Origin: Candidatus Marinacidobacterales bacterium
GTDB taxonomy: Bacteria; Acidobacteriota; Vicinamibacteria; Marinacidobacterales; DATDRI01
Direction: 5' to 3'
NCBI GenBank assembly: GCA_965226495.1
Contig: OZ245365.1
Span: 1,632,001-1,696,000 of the forward strand
Length of the DNA stretch: 64,000 bases
The notes under the pieces: generated by a model
What the model saw: the letters and a program-made list of their open reading frames with translations, nothing else
Databases searched by the model: none
What the model was told of the DNA's origin: nothing
Shown: positions 57,482 through 64,000 of the stretch, piece by piece
Layout: every line of letters begins with the position of its first letter
Position numbering within the stretch: the first letter of the stretch is position 1
Program-made: the position numbers and the translations under genes

Positions 57482-58072
57482 GTGCGACACGAGAGTAGGT
57501 TTTCATACGTCATTTCAGTACTGGCAATTCTGATTTGTTCGGTAGCCGTAAACGCGACGGCAGAAGATCAGAGGGAGGAGTACAGCGGCTTCGTGATCAA
57601 TAAGAGCCGCAGCGCCATAAACAACTCCGCCACGGTTAGAATCGCCATCGAGCGGTGGTCGACCGATGAAGAGAGGTCCGCGCTAATCAATGCGCTGGTC
57701 GAGAACGGCCACGAAGGGTTCGTGAAAGTTCTACAGGGCCAAAAAGAAACAGGATTCGTGCGCTCACAAGCAGCGACCGACACCGTTGGCGGATTGCCGC
57801 GCATCGTCACGCGCTACGCGCGCAAGGTTACCGAGAACGGCACAACGACTATTACCTTGGTTACCGATCGACCGATGCGTGGCAAGGAAGATCCGGAGTA
57901 CAAGAAATACAACGTCTCCGCGCTTCGACTCGAGCTTAGCGAGGAAGGGAAGGGGACCGGTATCGTTTACGTGGCACTCAAGGTCGGTTATGACAAAGAG
58001 AAACAACGGCTACTCCTACAAAGTGCGACGATAGAGCCAGTCCATTTGACCAATGTGCATTTGAACAAGTAA
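57482..58072 (+). CDS. Secreted hypothetical protein
   Basis: Signal peptide, AAGGAGGAG RBS, IERWSTDEER and LVTDRP motifs. Confidence 0.75.
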   Translation: MRHESRFSYVISVLAILICSVAVNATAEDQREEYSGFVINKSRSAINNSATVRIAIERWSTDEERSALINALVENGHEGFVKVLQGQKETGFVRSQAATDTVGGLPRIVTRYARKVTENGTTTITLVTDRPMRGKEDPEYKKYNVSALRLELSEEGKGTGIVYVALKVGYDKEKQRLLLQSATIEPVHLTNVHLNK

Positions 58073-58301
58073 CCGAGGTCGGGCTACTGTCGGTCCTCCT
58101 TACGCCTTCGAATTTAACCTAAGCGACTCATTTTACAGGGGTTTATTGTGTTCTTGTGGAATGGTGTCGCCACGGCTTACGGATTTTTTCCGTTTCCATC
58201 ACTGTTCTGCGCCCGACCGGTGCGGAACGCTGAACCGTAAACGCTTGTTAAATAAGATCGTTACGGGATAGGTCTTTTTTGGGTGGCTGCGTGTTTTCAT
58301 T

Positions 58302-58317
58302 TGGCACATTTTTCGCT
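58302..58317 (+). promoter_or_regulatory. sigma54 (-24/-12) promoter-like site
   Basis: TGGCACATTTTTCGCT, GG-N10-GC, preceded by AT-rich tracts. Confidence 0.55.
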
Positions 58318-58554
58318 ATACCCAACTTGGGGTTCGCCTACATGTGCCGAGTAGTCGAAAACACCAAGTTCCGAGTCTGCCGGGGAGCGCCGACGGCGGG
58401 ATTCCTAGCCGGTTTTTCGCAAGACAACCTACCTACCTCATTGCCTGGGGCCTAGCTTCTCCATGAGTTCGTAGAGCGGCGAGAAGGGCGCATCGCCTCG
58501 AGTGGTTTCCACAACGATTTTCGTCGTGGTAGCCTTGCCGGTCGAGCAACAACC

Positions 58555-59013
58555 ATGGCAGAACGCAGTCACCGCCAGGAGACGATCCTCGAGCTCATCG
58601 GGCGGAAACCCGTGCGTACCCAACACGAGTTCCTCAAAGAACTACGCCGACACGGCGTGGAATTGACTCAAGCAACTCTCTCCCGCGAGCTCAAGTCGCT
58701 CGGGGTAGCGAAGGGACCGGACGGACGGGGAGGCTATCGCTATGTTGCGGGTGCCCCCGGTTCGGGGCTTTCCGGGCAGGGGCCGGTGCCCGCGGTCGCC
58801 GCGTTCGTCAGAAGCGTCGAGCGAAGCAACAACCTTCTAGTCGTTAAGACGCCCCCCGGGAACGCCCAGGGTGTGGCGCGCGGGATCGATCAAGCGGAGT
58901 GGTCCGAGGTCTTGGGGACCATCGCCGGCGACGACACCATCCTCCTTATCTGCCGGAACCAGCCACAGGCGACGCGCGTGGAGCGGCGGCTGAAGCTCAT
59001 CGCGCGTTCGTAG
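58555..59013 (+). CDS. argR: Arginine repressor
   Basis: RQETILELI, TQATLSREL, VVKTPPGNA and GTIAGDDT motifs. Confidence 0.95.
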   Translation: MAERSHRQETILELIGRKPVRTQHEFLKELRRHGVELTQATLSRELKSLGVAKGPDGRGGYRYVAGAPGSGLSGQGPVPAVAAFVRSVERSNNLLVVKTPPGNAQGVARGIDQAEWSEVLGTIAGDDTILLICRNQPQATRVERRLKLIARS

Positions 59014-59045
59014 ACTCCCCACCATCATCTTTTTTACTAATTTAC

Positions 59046-59103
59046 TTGACCCAGGCCCGCCCGGTGTAGATAATTATACTATGGAGATGCATAATTATGC
59101 AGC
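59046..59103 (+). promoter_or_regulatory. Promoter overlapped by tandem ARG boxes
   Basis: TTGACC-17 nt-GATAAT; cores TAGATAATTATACT (59067) and TGCATAATTATGCA (59088) 21 bp apart. Confidence 0.85.
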
Positions 59104-59125
59104 CGCAACGGTGAGGGCTGGGGCC

Positions 59126-60154
59126 GTGATCCGCTGGGACTACGTGTCGTCGGCGGCAAGTCGCCTGCCGCTTGCCCAGCGAACCGACGGTCTCGGGCCA
59201 GGTCGAGTGCAGGCCGGTGAGGCCTTGCTGGTCCGGGTCCTGGAGCCCAACCATGCCTACGACAATCTCGAGCTGGCGAGCGGTGACACCGTGGGTCTTC
59301 GAAGCGGCGACCAATTCGTAGCCGTCGCCGGGAGCCGACAGGCACTCCGCGGCTTCGTAGGGAGTCCCCCAGAGAGTGCGCGACCGGGCGACCGGCTTTC
59401 AATCCTTAGCTTGGGTGGCATCGTTGGGCGCTTCACGGGAGGTCTTTTGGATCTCGGCGTCCCGACGTCGGTCGAGGTCGTCGATCGACTCGGGCAACAC
59501 GGGCGGCCGCTTTGTATGACCGACAACGCGATTCCTCGGCGGGGGGAGCTGGGCTCGATCTGTCCGGTGGTCGCCGTCGTGGGTACGTCGATGAGCGCCG
59601 GTAAGACCCGGGCCGCCACCGAGCTCGTTGCCGGCGCCGCCGCCGCTGGCTTCCGTGTCGCGGCGGTGAAGCTCACTGGAGTCGCGTGTCTGAGAGACGT
59701 TCTCCGCATGCGGGAACGAGGAGCGTTCGAAGCCGTCTCGTTCCTCGACTCTGGCTTGCCGTCTACGGTGGATGCACTTGAGCTTACTTCCGTTGCCAAA
59801 GGGCTTTTGCATCATCTCAACGAGATGAGCCCCGACCTTATCGTTGCCGAGCTGGGCGACGGCATCCTGGGGCCCTACGGCGTGGATCGACTTCTTCAAG
59901 AACCGTCTCTAAATCGTGCGATCCGGGTCCTGGTTCTCAGCGCATCGGACCATGTGGGCGCGTGGGGCGGGGTTGAGCTCCTGCGACGCTGGGGCCTTTC
60001 CACCGACGTCATCACCGGCCCGGTGACGGATAGCACCGCCTCGAGCCAATTCCTCGAGCAAACCTTGGGTGTGCCGGCGGTCAACGCGTGCACCAACGGC
60101 CATCAACTCTTCGATGTCATCCAGTCGAGGCTGTCGGCGCTGAAGCGACTATGA
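59126..60154 (+). CDS. DUF1611/DgcN-like P-loop protein, first gene of the arg operon
   Basis: VVGTSMSAGKT, AAVKLTGVA..RD, F.D.G.PST and IVAELGDGILG motifs; ATGA overlap with argC; GTG 59126 preferred because ATG 59081 and 59087 lie in the operators. Confidence 0.75.
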   Translation: MIRWDYVSSAASRLPLAQRTDGLGPGRVQAGEALLVRVLEPNHAYDNLELASGDTVGLRSGDQFVAVAGSRQALRGFVGSPPESARPGDRLSILSLGGIVGRFTGGLLDLGVPTSVEVVDRLGQHGRPLCMTDNAIPRRGELGSICPVVAVVGTSMSAGKTRAATELVAGAAAAGFRVAAVKLTGVACLRDVLRMRERGAFEAVSFLDSGLPSTVDALELTSVAKGLLHHLNEMSPDLIVAELGDGILGPYGVDRLLQEPSLNRAIRVLVLSASDHVGAWGGVELLRRWGLSTDVITGPVTDSTASSQFLEQTLGVPAVNACTNGHQLFDVIQSRLSALKRL

Positions 60155-61164
60155 TCCGTGTCGCGGTCGAAGGCGCATCGGGCTACGTCGGTGGCGAGCT
60201 CTTGAGCCTATTGTTTCATCACCCCGAAGTGGAGGTCGTGGCCGCTACCGCGGGACAAGCGGGCGGCGAGGAGCTATCCGAGCTTCGGCCGCGTTTCGGA
60301 GCCAGCTCGTTGCGATTGCTGAAAGAGCTCGAGCCAGACCAACTCGAAGACCTCGATCTCCTTTTCCTTGCTCTTCCTCACGGCGAGTCGTCGAAACGCA
60401 TCGCGTCGATCTCCAAAGAGCTCCGCGTCATTGACTTGTCCGCAGACTTTCGGATCGACGATCGGGAACGCGCCGAGGCGACCTACGGGCCGCACGTGGC
60501 CTGGGATTTTCAACAAGAGTTTGTTTACGGACTTCCGGAGTTGAATCGTTCCCGCATCCGGGAAGCCCACCGCATCGCGGTGCCAGGTTGCTTTGCCACC
60601 GCGGCCTCGGTCGGTCTCATCCCGGCGTTGGAAGCCAATGCGTTGCTCGGACCTCCTTGGATCTCCGCGGTCACCGGCTCTTCGGGCTCCGGTCATCGGG
60701 CGACGGCGAAGACGCATCATCCGGACCGTGCACTCAATTTCTACGCCTACCAACCGAACGGCCACCGCCATCAGCCGGAGATCGAATCGGCGCTGGCGCG
60801 GTTGAACTCGAATAAGTTTCCGATCGAGCTGCAAGTTCATTCCGCACCGCTGGTACGCGGTATCTACGCAACCATTTTCTTTACAACCGAGCCGTCGGTC
60901 GACCTTCCCGAGATCTATCGCCGCCGTTATTGTCAGGAAGAATCGTTCGTTCGAGTCCAAGAGCAACCGCCACAGCTCACCGACGTCATAGGGACACCGC
61001 GGGCGGCGGTTTCCGTGTCGGTGCGTTCGGGGCAGGCGACAGTCTTCGTGGCCATCGATAATTTGCTCAAGGGCGCAGCCTCGCAGGCCATCCAGTGCAT
61101 GAATCTCGTTTTCGACATACCCGAAGAGACGGGGCTCGCGTGGCCCGTCGGAGTGCTTCCTTGA
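60151..61164 (+). CDS. argC: N-acetyl-gamma-glutamyl-phosphate reductase
   Basis: GASGYVGGEL, LALPHG, DLSADFR, YGLPE, PGCFAT, HRHQPEI and DNLLKGAA motifs. Confidence 0.93.
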   Translation: MIRVAVEGASGYVGGELLSLLFHHPEVEVVAATAGQAGGEELSELRPRFGASSLRLLKELEPDQLEDLDLLFLALPHGESSKRIASISKELRVIDLSADFRIDDRERAEATYGPHVAWDFQQEFVYGLPELNRSRIREAHRIAVPGCFATAASVGLIPALEANALLGPPWISAVTGSSGSGHRATAKTHHPDRALNFYAYQPNGHRHQPEIESALARLNSNKFPIELQVHSAPLVRGIYATIFFTTEPSVDLPEIYRRRYCQEESFVRVQEQPPQLTDVIGTPRAAVSVSVRSGQATVFVAIDNLLKGAASQAIQCMNLVFDIPEETGLAWPVGVLP

Positions 61165-61171
61165 GTGCCTC

Positions 61172-61299
61172 AATGCGCGCTCACTCCTCGTTCGCGCGCT
61201 CGGCGCCTCGCTCCCCGCTCGGCGACCTGTCGTCGGCCCATGCGGGCCGGGCTCGCTCCGCTCGCGCAGGGTGCAGTTTAGTCGTCAGCACCCTGCTAG
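61172..61299 (-). repeat. Intergenic repeat backbone (module-free form of 10582-10841)
   Basis: Minus strand TAGCAGGGTGCT...TGCACCCTGCGCGAG..GAGCGAGC.CGGCCCG..TGGGCCGACGAC...GCGCCGAGC.CGCGAACG...GTGAGCG.GCA.TGA. Confidence 0.8.
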
Positions 61300-61306
61300 G
61301 AAACCG

Positions 61307-62107
61307 ATGCAATCACTACAGGTGATCAAGCTAGGCGGGGCGTCGCTCGAAGAGAATCTGCCGCAGATCGCATCGGTGCTTGCCGCTACCGACTCGCCTC
61401 GCGTCATCGTGCACGGCGGAGGACCGCAGGTGTCGGCCATGGCTTCTCGTCTCGGTATCCCCACTCAGAAGGTCGCGGGCCGGCGCGTCACGGATGAAGC
61501 AACTCTGGACGTCGTGTTGATGGTTCTGGCCGGCCTGGTTCACAACCGCGTGGTCGGCACTCTCGTCGCCTCCGGGGTGCCGGCAGTCGGAATCGCCGGA
61601 CCGTCCGTGTTCCGGGCACGACGCCGACCGCCCATCGAGATCGACGGCGAGACCGTCGACTTCGGGCTGGTGGGTGAAATCGAGCACGTCGAGGTGGGAC
61701 CGATCCGCGCGGTACTGGAGAGAGGAGACATCCCCATCCTTCCGTCGATTGCGGGTGGAAAAGATGGAGCGCTTTTCAACGTTAACGCGGATACCGTCGC
61801 CGCCTGGGTAGCGGCCGAGCTCGGTGCCCACGAGTTGATTCAGGTCACGGACAGTGGCGGGGTGAGGGAAGTGAACGACTCCGTCATTCAGGACCTCGAC
61901 CTCGCCGGGACCCGGCGTCTGATCTCGGAGGGAATCGCCACCGATGGGATGCGGCCCAAGCTCGAGACCGCCATTTGGGCACTGCGGTCGGGTGTGTCGC
62001 GGGTCCGCATCGTGGGGGCAGGCGGCATCGGCGTCCCGGATGGCGGGACCGTTTTGACCGCTTCCGGCGTGGCCCGACCCGTCTTGAACCAGTCCGGGTT
62101 GACTTAG
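61307..62107 (+). CDS. argB: Acetylglutamate kinase
   Basis: VIKLGG, VHGGGPQ, GRRVTD, DFGLVGE, NVNAD and GMRPK motifs. Confidence 0.93.
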   Translation: MQSLQVIKLGGASLEENLPQIASVLAATDSPRVIVHGGGPQVSAMASRLGIPTQKVAGRRVTDEATLDVVLMVLAGLVHNRVVGTLVASGVPAVGIAGPSVFRARRRPPIEIDGETVDFGLVGEIEHVEVGPIRAVLERGDIPILPSIAGGKDGALFNVNADTVAAWVAAELGAHELIQVTDSGGVREVNDSVIQDLDLAGTRRLISEGIATDGMRPKLETAIWALRSGVSRVRIVGAGGIGVPDGGTVLTASGVARPVLNQSGLT

Positions 62108-62109
62108 GG

Positions 62110-62148
62110 TGTGCGACTTTATACACTTGGCATGCATATATATTCACG
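62110..62148 (+). promoter_or_regulatory. Tandem ARG boxes upstream of argG
   Basis: Cores TGCGACTTTATACA (62112) and TGCATATATATTCA (62133), 21 bp apart. Confidence 0.78.
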
Positions 62149-62221
62149 GACCGGTAATCGACGCTCTGTGGCACTTGGGATTACTTGGGATGACCGGCCC
62201 GGCTAACTGGAGGCGCTGACC

Positions 62222-63535
62222 ATGAAACCAACGAAGGTCGTTCTAGCCTACTCGGGAGGGCTCGACACCTCGGTGGCGGTCCCCTGGCTCAAGGAGAACT
62301 ACGATTGCGAGGTCATCGCCATGTTGGCGGACGTCGGTCAAGGCGAGGACCTCGAAGCGGCGGCGGAAAAAGCCCTCGCCATCGGTGCTTGTCAGGCCTT
62401 CATCGAAGACCTGCGGACCGAGTTCGTCCGCGACTACTTTTTTCGATCGCTCCGCGCCGGAGCCCGCTACGAAGGGAAGTACCTCCTCGGTACTTCGCTA
62501 GCGCGTCCGGTCATCGCTCGTCGCCAAGTCGAGATCGCCGAGCGGGAGGGTGCCACGGCGTTGGCCCATGGTTGCACCGGCAAAGGTAACGACCAGGTTC
62601 GCTTCGAGCTGACCTATTTGGCGCTTGCACCTGATCTGAAAGTAATCGCTCCTTGGCGTGAGTGGAAGATCCGCTCCCGTGAGGACGCGCTGGCGTACGC
62701 CGAGGCACGCGGGATTCCCGTTGCTCAAACTACTGAGAATCTGTACAGCCGCGACGGGAACTTGCTGCACCTGAGTCACGAGGGGGGCATCCTAGAGGAC
62801 CCGTGGGCGGCTCCCGATGACGACATGTACCTGATGACGAAACACCCCGTCGATGCACCTGCCACGCCGGAGTCCGTCGAGGTCGAGTTTCGCCGCGGCT
62901 ATCCGATCGCGGTGGACGGCCAACCGCTCGAGCCGGTCCAGCTTCTCGAACGGCTCAACGAGATCGGGGCTCGGCACGGGGTGGGTCGAATCGACATCAT
63001 CGAGAACCGGTTAGTGGGGATGAAATCACGCGGCGTCTATGAGACTCCCGGAGGAACCATCCTTCGCGAGGCTCACGAGGCTCTCGAGAGCATTTGTCTC
63101 GACCGGGACACCTCTCACTTCAAGGCGGGCGTCGCGCTTCGCTATTCGGAGCTGGTCTACAATGGACAATGGTTCTCACCACTCCGTGAAGCGCTCGACG
63201 CCTTCGTGGAGTCGACTCAGGAGACCGTGAGCGGTCGAGTCCGGCTGGAGCTTTACAAAGGGTCGGTGCGAGTAACCGGCCGGAGCTCCGCCTTCAGTCT
63301 GTATCGCGAAGAGTTTGCGACGTTCGGTCACGACGAAGTATATAGTCAGGCGGACGCCGAAGGGTTCATTCATCTGTTCGGCCTGCCACAGAAGATCCGT
63401 CGTATAGCTTTGAAGTCGGCCTTGCCGTCTCCGTCAGCATCGATCCGACGATGGGAAGAGAAAGAAAAAAACAACGGAACTCCCGTCCGGCGCGCTCCGG
63501 AGATGGCCACATCCCGGGAGGGGAAGAAGGGATGA
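62222..63535 (+). CDS. argG: Argininosuccinate synthase
   Basis: [22 protein letters not shown] and [17 protein letters not shown] motifs. Confidence 0.97.
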   Translation: MKPTKVVLAYSGGLDTSVAVPWLKENYDCEVIAMLADVGQGEDLEAAAEKALAIGACQAFIEDLRTEFVRDYFFRSLRAGARYEGKYLLGTSLARPVIARRQVEIAEREGATALAHGCTGKGNDQVRFELTYLALAPDLKVIAPWREWKIRSREDALAYAEARGIPVAQTTENLYSRDGNLLHLSHEGGILEDPWAAPDDDMYLMTKHPVDAPATPESVEVEFRRGYPIAVDGQPLEPVQLLERLNEIGARHGVGRIDIIENRLVGMKSRGVYETPGGTILREAHEALESICLDRDTSHFKAGVALRYSELVYNGQWFSPLREALDAFVESTQETVSGRVRLELYKGSVRVTGRSSAFSLYREEFATFGHDEVYSQADAEGFIHLFGLPQKIRRIALKSALPSPSASIRRWEEKEKNNGTPVRRAPEMATSREGKKG

Positions 63536-64000
63536 AGGCCCCGGCGGGTCGTCCGCCGTCGAAGCTCTGGGGAGGCCGCTTCCGAAAACCGACCGCAAAG
63601 TCCTTAGAGGATCTCGGTCGCTCCATCGAATTCGATCGCCGTCTTTGGGCGGAAGAAATCCGCATCAACCGAGTCTACGCACGAGCACTCCAGCGGACCG
63701 GCATACTCTCCGGTTCCGAGTGCCGCTCTATCGAGCAGGGATTGGATCGCGTCGGCCGCTGGTTGCAACAAGAGCCCGCCGCTTTCGTCGAAACCGATGA
63801 GGATATTCATACCGCCGCCGAGCGATTGCTAGGCGAAGTCGTTGGACAGGAGCTGGCCGGAAAACTCCCGGCGGGAAGAAGTCGGAACGATTTGGCGGTG
63901 ACCGGATTCCGTCTCCACTTGGGAGCCGTCATTCCAACGCTGCGGGACGACATCCGAAGCCTTCAAGAAACGCTCGTCGTCCGCGCCGAAGAGACGCGCG
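63532..64000 (+). CDS. argH: Argininosuccinate lyase (partial, runs off the window)
   Basis: ATG overlapping the argG stop; [20 protein letters not shown] and GRSRND motifs. Confidence 0.92.
   Translation, partial: MKAPAGRPPSKLWGGRFRKPTAKSLEDLGRSIEFDRRLWAEEIRINRVYARALQRTGILSGSECRSIEQGLDRVGRWLQQEPAAFVETDEDIHTAAERLLGEVVGQELAGKLPAGRSRNDLAVTGFRLHLGAVIPTLRDDIRSLQETLVVRAEETR

Noticed and set aside
60151-62107. argC and argB as LysY and LysZ of a LysW carrier pathway
   Set aside because: No small LysW (EDWGE) ORF or LysX/RimK ligase in the operon; ARG boxes and argGH support the acetylated arginine route.

Overview
GC-rich bacterial chromosome segment. Gene content and style suggest Acidobacteriota (Vicinamibacteria-like), which is an inference. 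It is mostly housekeeping: mreCD-mrdA-rodA, an RNase E/G gene, aroAK, an HtrA/DegQ protease, AmmeMemoRadiSam A/B, a Na/Pi symporter with a PhoU-domain gene, a GspE/PilB ATPase, tRNA-Val-thrS-infC-rpmI-rplT-zapB/A-6S RNA, thiL, gatCA, a surface-glycan modification cluster and an ArgR-regulated arg operon. Most notable: (1) an integrase-less, decaying integron cassette array (about 49.9-55 kb) whose first attC carries a 119-bp MITE inserted exactly at the GTT crossover triplet, in a way that regenerates a consensus core site, with HEPN and DUF4238 defence-like cassettes and an IS481; (2) a DUF1611/DgcN-like P-loop protein occupying the ArgA/ArgJ slot of the arg operon directly behind tandem ARG boxes; (3) a secreted UshA-like selenoprotein (C-G-U) split in the ORF track by an in-frame TGA followed by a SECIS-like hairpin; (4) a modular family of intergenic repeats with covarying hairpins, in which one module has inserted twice into another. 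Also seen: four sigma54-type promoters, a Pho-box-like array, an ATC-initiated infC and two frameshifted genes. All calls come from motif reading only; no database searches were run.
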